Shown here: positions 28,901 to 43,200 of the stretch, piece by piece
How positions within the stretch are numbered: position 1 is the first letter of the stretch
Layout: the number at the start of each line of letters is the position of its first letter
From: the human T2T-CHM13v2.0 reference genome, Homo sapiens
Assembly: GCF_009914755.1 (NCBI RefSeq)
Contig: NC_060937.1
Strand: one strand, 5' to 3'
DNA length: 64,000 nucleotides
The notes under the pieces: model-generated
Seen by the model: the letters and a program-made list of their open reading frames with translations, nothing else
Told to the model about the DNA's origin: nothing
Databases searched by the model: none
Program-made: the position numbers and the translations under genes

Positions 28901-31900
28901 CATAAAATATCAAAGTACCCAAACTATACATTATATACTGTACATAAAATATGAAATTACATCAAATATATATTTTATTAGGTATGTAAAATATGAAAGT
29001 ACATCAAATATAGATTATATACTGTACATAAAATACCAAAGTACCCCAAAAATATATTTTATACTGTACATGAAATATCAAAGTTCTCAAACTCTATATT
29101 ATATACTGCACATAAAATATCAAAGTACCCAAGCTATATATTCCATACTGTACAAAAAATATCAAAGTACCCAAAGCATATATTATATGCTGTACATAAA
29201 ATATGAAAGTACATCAAATATATATTTTATTCTGTACATAAAATATCAAAGTGCACCAAATATATATTCTATACTGTACATAAAATATCAAGGTACCCAA
29301 ACTATACATTATATACTGTACATAAAATATGAAATTACATCAAATATATATTATATTAGGTACATAAAATATGAAAGTACATCAAATATAGATTCTATAC
29401 TGTACATAAAATATCAAAGTACCCAAATATATATCATATACTGTACATGAAATATCAAAGTTCACAAACAATATATTATATACTGTACATAAAATATCAA
29501 AGTACCCAAACTATACATTATATTCTGTACTTAAAATATGAAATTACATCAAATATATTTTATTAGGTACGTAAAATATGAAAGTACATCAAATATAGAT
29601 TATATACTGTACACAAAATACCAAAGTACCCCAAATATATATTTTATACAGTACATGAAATATCAAAGTTCTCAAACTATATATTACATACTGCACATAA
29701 AATATCAAAGTACCCAAGGTATATATTCCATACTGTACAAAAAATATCAAAGTACCCAAAGCATATATTATATGCTGTACCTAAAATATGAAAATACATC
29801 AAATATATGTTTTATTCTGTAGATAAAATATCAAAGTACACCAAATATATATTCTATACTGTACATAAAATATCAAGGTACCCAAACTATACATTATATA
29901 CTGTACATAAAATATGAAATTACATCAAATATATATTATATTAGGTACATAAAATATGAAACTACATCAAATATAGATTATATACTGTACATAAAATATC
30001 AAAGTACCCAAATATATATCATATACTGTACATGAAATATCAAAGTTCACAAACTATATATTATATACTGTACATAAAATATCAAAGTATCCAAACTATA
30101 CATTATATACTGTACATAAAATATGAAATTACATCAAATATATATTATATTAGGTATGTAAAATATGAAAGTACATCAAATATAGATTATATACTGTACA
30201 TAAAATACCAAAGTACCCCAAATATATATTTAATACTGTACATGAAATATCAAAGTTCTCAAACTATATATTATATACTGCACATAAAATATCAAAGTAC
30301 CCAAGGTATATATTCCATACTGTACAAAAAATATCAAAGTACCCAAAGCATATATTATATGCTGTACATAAAATATGAAAGTACATCAAATATATATTTT
30401 ATTCTGTACATAAAATATCAAAGTACACCAAATATATATTCTATACGTTACATAAAATATCAAGGTACCCAAACTATACATTATATACTGTACATAAAAT
30501 ATGAAATTACATCAAATATATATTATATTAGGTACATAAAATATGAAAGTACATCAAATATAGATTATATACTGTACATAAAATATCAAACTACCCAAAT
30601 ATATATCATATACTGTACGTGAAATATCAAGGTACCCAAACTATACATTATATACTGTACATAAAATATGAAATTACATCAAATATATATTAGATTAGGT
30701 ATATAAAATATGAAATTACATCAAATATATATTATATTAGGTATGTAAAATATGAAAGTAAATCAAATATAGATTATATACTGTACATAAAATACCAAAG
30801 TACCCCAAATATATATTTTATACTGTACATGAAATATCAAAGTTCTCAAACTATATATTATATACTGCAAATAAAATATCAAAGTACCCAAGGTATATAT
30901 TCCATACTGTACAAAAAATATCAAAGTACCCAAAGCATATATTATATGCTGTACAGAAAATATGAAAGTACATCAAATATATATTTTACTCTGTACATAA
31001 AATATCAAAGTACACCAAATATATATTCTATACTGTACATAAAATATCAAGGTAACCAAACTATACATTATATACTGTACATAAAATATGAAATTATATC
31101 AAATATATATTATATTAGGTACATAAAATATGAAAGTACATCAAATATAGATTATATACTGTACATAAAATATCAAAGTACCCAAATATATATCATATAC
31201 TGTACATGAAATATCAAAGTTCACAAACTATATATTATATACTGTACATAAAATATCAAAGTACCCAAACTATACATTATATACTGTACATAAAATATGA
31301 AATTACATCAAATATATATTTTATTAGGTATGTAAAATATGAAAGTACATCAAATATAGATTATATACTGTACATAAAATACCAAAGTACCCCAAAAATA
31401 TATTTTATACTGTACATGAAATATCAAAGTTCTCAAACTATATATTATATAGTGCACATAAAATATCAAAGTACCCAAGGTATATATTCCATACTGTACA
31501 AAAAATATCAAAGTACCCAAAGCATATATTATATGCTGTACTTAAAATATGAAAGTACATGAAATATGTATTTTATTCTCTACATAAAATATCAAAGTAC
31601 ACCAAATATATATTCTATACTGTACATAAAATATCAAGGTACCCAAACTATACATTATATACTGTACATAAAATATGAAATTACATCAAATATATATTAT
31701 ATTAGGTACATAAAATATGAAAGTACATCAAATATAGATTATATACTGTACATAAAATATCAAAGTACCCAAATATATACCATATACTGTACATGAAATA
31801 TCAAAGTTCACAAACTATATATTATATACTGTACATAAAATATCAAAGTACCCAAACTATACATTATATACTGTACATAAAATATGAAATTACATCAAAT

Positions 31901-34900
31901 ACATATTTTATTAGGTATGTAAAATATGAAAGTACATCAAATATAGATTATATACTGTACATAAAATACCAAAGTACCCCAAATATATATTTTATACTGT
32001 ACATGAAATATCAAAGTTCTCAAACTATATATTATATAGTGCACATAAAATATCAAAGTACCCAAGGTATATATTCCATACTGTACAAAAATTATCAAAG
32101 TACCCAAAGCATATATTATATGCTGTACATAAAATATGAAAGTATATCAAATATATATTTTATTCTGTACATAAAATATCAAAGTACACCAAATATATAT
32201 TCTATACTGTACATAAAATATCAATGTACCCAAACTATACATTATATACTGTACATAAGATATGAAATTACATCAAATATATATTATATTAGGTACATAA
32301 AATATGAAAGTACTTCAAATATAGCTTATATACTGTACATAAAATATCAAAGTACCCAAATATATATCATATACTGTACATGAAATATCAAAGTTCACAA
32401 ACTATATATTATATACTGTACATAAAATATCAAAGTACCCGAACTATACATTATATACTGTACATAAAATATGAAATTACATCAAATATATATTTTATTA
32501 GGTATGTAAAATATGAAAGTACATCAAATATAGATTATATACTGTACATAAAATACCAAAGTACCCCAAATATATATTATATACTGTACATGAAATATCA
32601 AAGTTCTCAAGCTATATATTATATACTGCACATAAAATATCAAAGTACCCAAGCTATATATTCCATACTGTACAAAAAATATCAAAGTACCCAAAGCATA
32701 TATTATATGCTGTACATAAAATATGAAAGTACATCAAATATAGATTATATACTGTACATAAAATATCAAAGTACACCAAATATATATTCTATACTGTACA
32801 TAAAATATCAAGGTACCCAAACTATACATTATATACTGTACATAAGATATGAAATTACATCAAATATATATTATATTAGGTACATAAAATATGAAAGTAC
32901 ATCAAATATAGATTATATACTGAACATAAAATCTCAAAGTACCCAAATATATATCATATACTGTACATGAAATATCAAAGTTCACAAACTATATATTATA
33001 TACTGTACATAAAATATCAAAGTACCCAAACTATACATTATATACTGTACATAAAATATGAAATTACATCAAATATATATTTTATTAGGTATGTAAAATA
33101 TGAAAGTACATCAAATATAGATTATATACTGTACATAAAATACCAAAGTACCACAAATATATATTTTATACTGTACATGAAATATCAAAGTTCTCAAACT
33201 ATATATTATATACTGCACATAAAATATCAAAGTACCCAAGGTATATATTCCATACTGTACAAAAAATATCAAAGTACCCAAAGCATATATTATATGCTTT
33301 ACATAAAATATGAAAGTACATGAAATATATATTTTATTCTCTACATAAAATATCAAAGTACACCAAATATATATTCTATACTGTATATAAAATATCAAGG
33401 TACCCAAACTATACATTATATACTGTACATAAAATATGAAATTACATCAAATATATATTATATTAGGTACATAAAATATGAAAGTACATCAAATATAGAT
33501 TATATACTGTATATAAAATATCAAAGTACCCAAATATATACCATATACTGTACATGAAATATCAAAGTTCACAAACTATATATTATATACTGTACATAAA
33601 ATATCAAAGTACCCAAACTATGCATTATATACTGTACATAAAATATGAAATTACATCAAATATATATTTTATTAGGTATGTAAAATATGAAAGTACATCA
33701 AATATAGATTATATACTGTACATAAAATACCAAAGTACCCCAAATATATATTTTATACTGTACATGAAATATCAAAGTTCTCAAACTATATATTATATAG
33801 TGCACATAAAATATCAAAGTACCCAAGATATATATTCCATACTGTACAAAAATTATCAAAGTACCCAAAGCATATATTATATGCTGTACATAAAATATGA
33901 ATGTACATCAAATATATATTTTATTCTGTACATAAAATATCAAAGTACACCAAATATATATTCTATACTGTACATAAAATATCAAGGTACCCAAACTATA
34001 CATTATATACTATACATAAGATACGAAATTACATCAAATATATATTATATTAGGTACATAAAATATGAAAGTACATCAAATATAGATTCTATACAGTACA
34101 TAAAATATCAAAGTACCCAAATATATATCATATACTGTACATGAAATATCAAAGTTCACAAACTATATATTATATACCGTACATAAAATATCAAAGTACC
34201 CAAACTATACATTATATACTGTACATAAAATATGAAATTACATCAAATATATATTTTATTAGGTATGTAAAATATGAAAGTACATCAAATATAGATTATA
34301 TACTGTACATAAAATACCAAAGTACCCCAAATATATATTTTATACTGTACATGAAATATCAAAGTTCTCAAACTATATATTATATACTGCACATAAAATA
34401 TCAACGTACCCAAGGTATATATTCCATACTGTACAAAAATTATCAAAGTACCCAAAGCATATATTATATGCTGTACATAAAATATGAAAGTACATCAAAT
34501 ATATATTTTATTCTGTACATAAAATATCAAAGTACACCAAATATATATTCTATACTGTACATAAAATATCAAGGTACCCAAACTATACATTATATACTGT
34601 ACATAAGATATGAAATTACATCAAATATATATTATATTAGGTACATAAAATATGAAAGTACATCAAATATAGATTATATACTGTACATAAAATATCAAAG
34701 TACCCAAATATATATCATATACTGTACATGAAATATCAAAGTTCACAAACTATATATTATATACTGTACATAAAATATCAAAGTACCCAAACTATACATT
34801 ATATACTGTACATAAAATATGAAATTACATCAAATATATATTTTATTAGGTATGTAAAATATGAAAGTACATCAAATATAGATTATATACTGTACATAAA

Positions 34901-37900
34901 ATACCAAACTACCCCAAATATATATTTTATACTGTACATGAAATATCAAAGTTCTCAAACTATATATTATATACTGCACATAAAATATCAAAGTACCCAA
35001 GGTATATATTCCATACTGTACAAAAAATATCAAAGTACCCAAAGCATATATTATATGCTGTACATAAAATATGAAATTACATCAAATATATATTTTATTC
35101 TGTACATAAAATATCAAAGTACACCAAATATATATTCTATACTGTACATAAAATATCAAGGTACCCAAACTATACATTATATACTGTACATAAAATATGA
35201 AATTACATCAAATATATATTATATTAGGTACATAAAATATGAAAGTACATCAAATATAGCTTATATACTGTACATAAAATATCAAAGTACCCAAATATAT
35301 ATCATATACTGTACATGAAATATCAAAGTTCACAAACTATATATTATATACTGTACATAAAATATCAAAGTACCCAAACTATACATTATATACTGTACAT
35401 AAAATATGAAATTACATCAAATATATATTATATTAGGTATGAAAATATGAAAGTACATCAAATATAGATTATATACTGTACATAAAATACCAAAGTACCC
35501 CAAATATATATTTTATACTGTACATGAAATATCAAAGTTCTCAAACTATATATTATATACTGCACATAAAATATCAAAGTACCCAAGGTATATATTCCAT
35601 ACTGTACAAAAAATATCAAAGTACCCAAAGCATATATTATATGCTGTACATAAAATATGAAAGTACATCAAATATAGATTATATACTGTACATAAAATAT
35701 CAAAGTACACCAAATATATATTCTATACTGTACATAAAATATCAAGGTACCCAAACTATACATTATATACTGTACATAAGATATGAAATTACATCAAATA
35801 TATATTATATTAGGTACATAAAATATGAAAGTACATCAAATATAGATTATATACTGTACATAAAATCTCAAAGTACCCAAATATATATCATATACTGTAC
35901 ATGAAATATCAAAGTTCACAAACTATATATTATATACTGTACATAAAATATCAAAGTACCCAAACTATACATTATATACTGTACATAAAATATGAAATTA
36001 CATCAAATATATATTTTATTAGGTATGTAAAATATGAAAGTACATCAAATATAGATTATATACTGTACATAAAATACCAAAGTACCCCAAATATATATTT
36101 TATACTGTACATGAAATATCAAAGTTCTCAAACTATATATTATATACTGCACATAAAATATCAAAGTACCCAAGGTATATATTCCATACTGTACAAAAAA
36201 TATCAAAGTACCCAAAGCATATATTATATGCTGTACATAAAATATGAAAGTACATCAAGTATATATTTTATTCTGTACATAAAATATCAAAGTACACCAA
36301 GTATATATTCTATACTGTACATAAAATATCAAGGTACCCAAACTATACATTATATACTGTATATAAGATATGAAATTACATCAAATATATATTATATTAT
36401 GTACGTAAAATATGAAAGTACATCAAATATAGCTTATATACTGTACATAAAATATCAAAGTACCCAAATATATATCATATACTGTACATGAAATATCAAA
36501 GTTCACACACTATATATTATATACTGTACATAAAATATCAAAGTACCCAAACTATACATTATATACTGTACATAAAATATGAAATTACATCAAATATATA
36601 TTTTATTAGGTATGTAAAATATGAAAGTACATCAAATATAGATTATATACTGTACATAAAATACCAAAGTACCCCAAATATATATTTTATACTGTACATG
36701 AAATATCAAAGTTCTCAAACTATATATTATATACTGCACATAAAATATCAAAGTACCCAAGGTATATATTCCATACTGTACAAAAAATATCAAAGTACCC
36801 AAAGCATATATTATATGCTGAACATAAAATATGAAAATACATCAAGTATATATTTTATTCTGTACATAAAATATCAAAGTACACCAAGTATATATTCTAT
36901 ACTGTACATAAAATATCAAGGTACCCAAACTATACATTATATACTGTATATAAGATATGAAATTACATCAAATATATATTATATTATGTACGTAAAATAT
37001 GAAAGTACATCAAATATAGCTTATATACTGTACATAAAATATCAAAGTACCCAAATATATATCATATACTGTACATGAAATATCAAAGTTCACACACTTT
37101 ATATTATATACTGTACATAAAATATCAAAGTACCCAAACTATACATTATATACTGTACATAAAATATGAAATTACATCAAATATATATTTTATTAGGTAT
37201 GTAAAATATGAAAGTACATCAAATATAGATTATATACTGTACATAAAATACCAAAGTACCCCAAATATATATTTTATACTGTACATGAAATATCAAAGTT
37301 CTCAAACTATATATTATATACTGCACATAAAATATCAAAGTACCCAAGGTATATATTCCATACTGTACAAAAAATATCAAAGTACCCAAAGCATATATTA
37401 TATGCTGTACATAAAATATGAAAGTACATCAAGTATATATTTTATTCTGTACATAAAATATCAAAGTACACCAAGTATATATTCTATACTGTACATAAAA
37501 TATCAAGGTACCCAAACTATACATTATATACTGTATATAAGATATGAAATTACATCAAATATATATTATATTATGTACGTAAAATATGAAAGTACATCAA
37601 ATATAGCTTATATACTGTACATAAAATATCAAAGTACCCAAATATATATCATATACTGTACATGAAATATCAAAGTTCACACACTATATATTATATACTG
37701 TACATAAAATATCAAAGTACCCAAACTATACATTATATACTGTACATAAAATATGAAATTACATCAAATATATATTTTATTAGGTATGTAAAATATGAAA
37801 GTACATCAAATATAGATTATATACTGTACATAAAATACCAAAGTACCCCAAATATATATTTTATACTGTACATGAAATATCAAAGTTCTCAAACTATATA

Positions 37901-40215
37901 TTATATACTGCACATAAAATATCAAAGTACCCAAGGTATATATTCCATACTGTACAAAAAATATCAAAGTACCCAAAGCATATATTATATGCTGTACATA
38001 AAATATGAAAGTAAATGAAATATATATTTTATTCTCTACATAAAATATCAAAGTACACCAAATATATATTCTATACTGTACATAAAATGTCAAGTTACCC
38101 AAAGTATACATTATATACTGTACATAAAATATGAAATTACATCAAATATATATTATATTAGGTACATAAAATATGAAAGTACATCAAATATAGATTATAT
38201 ACTGTACATAAAATATCAAAGTACCCAAATATATATCATATACTGTACATGAAATATCAAAGTTCACAAACTATATATTATATACTGTACATAAAATATC
38301 AAAGTACCCAAAGTATACATTATATACTGTACATAAAATATGAAATTACATCAAATATATATTATATTAGGTATGTAAAATATGAAAGTACATCAAATAT
38401 AGATTATATACTGTACATAAAATACCAAAGTACCCCAAATATATATTTTATACTGTACATGAAATATCAAAGTTCTCAAAATATATATTATATACTGCAC
38501 ATAAAATATCAAAGTACCCAAGGTATATATTCCATACTGTACAAAAAATATCAAAGTACCCAAAGCATATATTATATGCTGTACATAAAATATGAAAGTA
38601 CATCAAATATATATTTTATTCTGTACATAAAATATCAAAGTACACCAAATACATATTCTAAACTGCACATAAAATATAAAGGTACCCAAACTATACATTA
38701 TATACTGTACATAAAATATGAAATTACATCAAATATATATTATATTAGGGACATAAAATATGAAAGTACATCAAATATAGATTATATACTGTACATAAAA
38801 TATCAAAGTACCCAAATATATATCATATACTGTACATGAAATATCAGTTCACAAACTATATATTATATACCGTACATAAAATATAAAAGTACCCAAACTA
38901 TACATTATATACTGTACATAAAATATGAAATTACATCAAATATATATTTTATTAGGTATGTAAAATATGAAAGTACATCAAATATAGATTATATACTGTA
39001 CATAAAATACCAAAGTACCCCAAATATATATTTTATACTGTACATGAAATATCAAAGTTCTCAAACTATATATTATATACTGCACATAAAATATCAACGT
39101 ACCCAAGGTATATATTCCATACTGTACAAAAAATATCAAAGTACCCAAAGCATATATTATATTCTGTACATAAAATATGAAAGTACATCAAATATATATT
39201 TTATTCTGTACATAAAATATCAAAGTGCACCAAATATATATTCTATACTGTACATAAAATATCAAGGTACCCAAACTATACATTATATACTGTACATAAA
39301 ATATGAAATTACATCAAATATATATTATATTAGGTACATAAAATATGAAAGTACATCAAATATAGATTATATACTGTACATAAAATATCAAAGTACCCAA
39401 ATATATATCATATACTGTACATGAAATATCAAAGTTCACAAACTATATATTATATACTGTACATAAAATATCAAAGTACCCAAAGTATACATTATATACT
39501 GTACATAAAATATGAAATTACATCAAATATATATTATATTAGGTATGTAAAATATGAAAGTACATCAAATATAGATTATATACTGTACATAAAATACCAA
39601 AGTACCCCAAATATATATTTTATACTGTACATGAAATATCAAAGTTCTCAAAATATATATTATATACTGCACATAAAATATCAAAGTACCCAAGGTATAT
39701 ATTCCATACTGTACAAAAAATATCAAAGTACCCAAAGCATATATTATATGCTGTACATAAAATATGAAAGTACATCAAATATATATTTTATTCTGTACAT
39801 AAAATATCAAAGTACACCAAATACATATTCTAAACTGCACATAAAATATAAAGGTACCCAAACTATACATTATATACTGTACATAAAATATGAAATTACA
39901 TCAAATATATATTATATTAGGTACATAAAATATGAAAGTACATCAAATATAGATTATATACTGTACATAAAATATCAAAGTACCCAAATATATATCATAT
40001 ACTGTACATGAAATATCAGTTCACAAACTATATATTATATACCGTACATAAAATATAAAAGTACCCAAACTATACATTATATACTGTACATAAAATATGA
40101 AATTACATCAAATATATATTTTATTAGGTATGTAAAATATGAAAGTACATCAAATATAGATTATATACTGTACATAAAATACCAAAGTACCCCAAATATA
40201 TATTTTATACTGTAC
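7947..40215. repeat. 587-bp 14-monomer higher-order repeat domain (A-F-G-H-I + A'-B-C-D-E-F'-G-H-I'), about 55 copies
   Basis: Unit starts at 7947, 8534 ... 15365, 15952, 16539, 17126, 17713, 18300, 18887 ... 31206, 31793, 32380, 32967, 33554, 34141, 34728 are 587 bp apart. 587 = 210 (5x42) + 377 (9x42 minus a 1-bp deletion in I'). Confidence 0.93.
16690..24980. repeat. Tandem duplication of a 4107-bp block (7 x 587 - 2)
   Basis: Identical ORF translations at a constant offset of 4107: 17126/21233, 17713/21820, 18300/22407, 18510/22617, 18887/22994, 19565/23672, 20059/24166. Private variants such as GAACCTAGAA, TACCGCAAAT, CAACGTACC and AGTATCCTAA are shared. Confidence 0.93.
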
Positions 40216-40249
40216 ATGAAATACCCCAAATATATATTTTATACTCTAC

Positions 40250-43200
40250 ATGAAATATCAAAGTTCACAAACTCTTTATTATATACTGTACATAAAATAT
40301 CAAAATACCCAAGGTATATATTCTATATTGTACAAAAAATATCAAAGTACCCAAAGCATGTATTATATACTGTATATAAAATATGAAAATACATTAAATA
40401 TATATTTTATTCTGTACATAAAATATCAAAGTACACCAGATATATATTCTATAGTGTACATAAAATAACAAAGTACACAAACTATAAATTATATACTGTA
40501 CATAAAATATGAAATTACATCAAATATATATTAGGTACATAAAATATGAAAGTACATCAAATATAGATTATATACTGTACATAAAATATCAAAGTACCCC
40601 AAATATATATTATATACTGTACATGAAATATCAAAGTTCACAAACTATATATTATATACTTTACATAAAATATCAAAGTACCCAAGGTATATATTCTATA
40701 CTGTACAAAAAATATCAAAGTACCCAAAGCATGTATTATATACTGTACATAAAATATGAAAGTACATCAAATATATATTTTATTCTGTACATAAAATATC
40801 AAAGTACACCAGATATATATTCTATAGTGTACATAAAATAACAAAGTACACAAACTATAAATTATATACTGTACATAAAATATGAAATTACATCAAATAT
40901 ATATTAGGTACATAAAATATGAAAGTACATCAAATATAGATTATATACTGTACATAAAATATAAATGTACCCCAAATATATATTTTATACTCTACATGAA
41001 ATATGAAAGTTCACAAACCATATATTATATACTGTACATAAAATATCAAAGTACCCAAGGTATATATTCTATACTGTACAAAAAATATCAAAGTACACAA
41101 AGCATGTATTATATACTGTACATAAAATATGAAAGTACATCAAATATATATTTTATTCTGTACATAAAATATCAAAGTACACCAGATATATATTCTATAG
41201 TGTACATAAAATATCAAAGTACCCAAACTATTTATTATATACTGTACATAAAATATGAAATTACATCAAATATATATTATATTAGGTACATAAAATATGA
41301 AAGTACATCAAATATAGATTATATACTGTACATGAAATACCGAAGTACCCCAAATATATATTTTATACGGTACATGAAATATCAAAGTTCACAAACTATA
41401 TATTATATACTGTATATAAAATATCAATGCACCCAAGGTATATATTCTATACTGTACAAAAAATATCAAAGTACCCAAAGCATGTATTACATACTGTACA
41501 TAAAATATGAAAGTACATCAAATATATATTTTATTCTGTACATAAAATATCAAAGTACACCAGATATATATTCTATAGTGTACATAAAATATCAAAGTAC
41601 CCAAACTATACATTATATACTGTACATAAAATATGAAATTACATCAAATTTATATTAGGTACATAAAATATGAAAGTACATCAAATATAGATTATATACT
41701 GTACATAAAATATCAAACTAACCCAAATATATATTATATACTCTACATGAAATATCAAAGTTCACAAACTATATATTATATACTGTACATAAAATATCCA
41801 AGTACCCAAGGTATATATTCTATACTGTACAAAAAATATCAACGTACCCAAAGCATGTATTATATACTGTACATAAAATATGAAAGTACATCAAATATAT
41901 ATTTTATTCTGTACATAAAATATCAAAGTACACCAGATATATATTCTATAGTGTACATAAAATATCAAAGTACCCAAACTATACATTATATACTGTACAT
42001 AAATATGAGATTACATCAAATATATATATTAGGTACATAAAATATGAAAGTACATCAGATATAGATTATATACTGTACATAAAATATCAATGTACCCCAA
42101 ATATATATTTTAAACTCTACATGAAATATCAAAGTTCACAAACTCTTTATTATATACTGTACATAAAATATCAAAATACCCAAGGTATATATTCTATATT
42201 GTACAAAAAATATCAAAGTACCCAAAGCATGTATTATATACTGTATATAAAATATGAAAATACATTAAATATATATTTTATTCTGTACATAAAATATCAA
42301 AGTACACCAGATATATATTCTATAGTGTACATAAAATAACAAAGTACACAAACTATAAATTATATACTGTACATAAAATATGAAATTACATCAAATATAT
42401 ATTAGGTACATAAAATATGAAAGTACATCAAATATAGATTATATACTGTACATATAATATTAATGTACCCCAAATATATATTTTATACTCTACATGAAAT
42501 ATCAAAGTTCACAAACCATACATTATATACTGTACATAAAATATCAAAGTACCCAAGGTATATATTCTATACTGTACAAAAAATATCAAAGTACCCAAAG
42601 CATGTATTTTATACTGTACATAAAATATGAAAGTACATCAAATATATATTTTATTCTGTACATAAAATATCAAAGTACACCAGATATATATTCTATAGTG
42701 TACATAAAATATCAAAGTACCCAAACTATACATTATATACTGTACATAAAATATGAAATTACATCAAATATATATTAGGTACATAAAATATGAAAGTACA
42801 TCAAATATAGATTATATACTGTACATAAAATATCAATGTACCCCAAATATATATTATATGCTCTATATGAAATATCAAAGTTCACAAACTATATATTATA
42901 TACTGTACATAAAATATCAAAGTACCCTAGGTATATATTCTATACTGTACAAAAAATATCAAAGTACCCAAAGCATGTATTATATACTGTACATAAAATA
43001 TGAAAGTACATCAAATATATATTTTATTCTGTACATAAAATATCAAAGTACACCAGATATATATTCTCTAGTGTACATAAAATATCAAAGTACCCAAACT
43101 ATACATTATGTACTGTACATAAAATATGAAATTACATCAAATATATATTTTATTCTGTACATAAAATATCAAAGTACCCCAAATGTATATTATATACTGT

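Noticed and set aside
31793-35318. Operon-like chain of 196-aa ORFs with ATGA stop/start overlaps
   Set aside because: The 1-bp deletion in monomer I' shifts the frame so that the TGA in CTGTACATGA ends each ORF over the next ATG. This is a by-product of the 587-bp period, with no ribosome-binding sites or prokaryotic context.
4087-38111. Hydrophobic minus-strand ORFs (MYSLGTLIFYVQY...) as membrane proteins
   Set aside because: They are antisense translations of the satellite. Most open only where a TCA>TGA point variant in monomer D removes a minus-strand stop.
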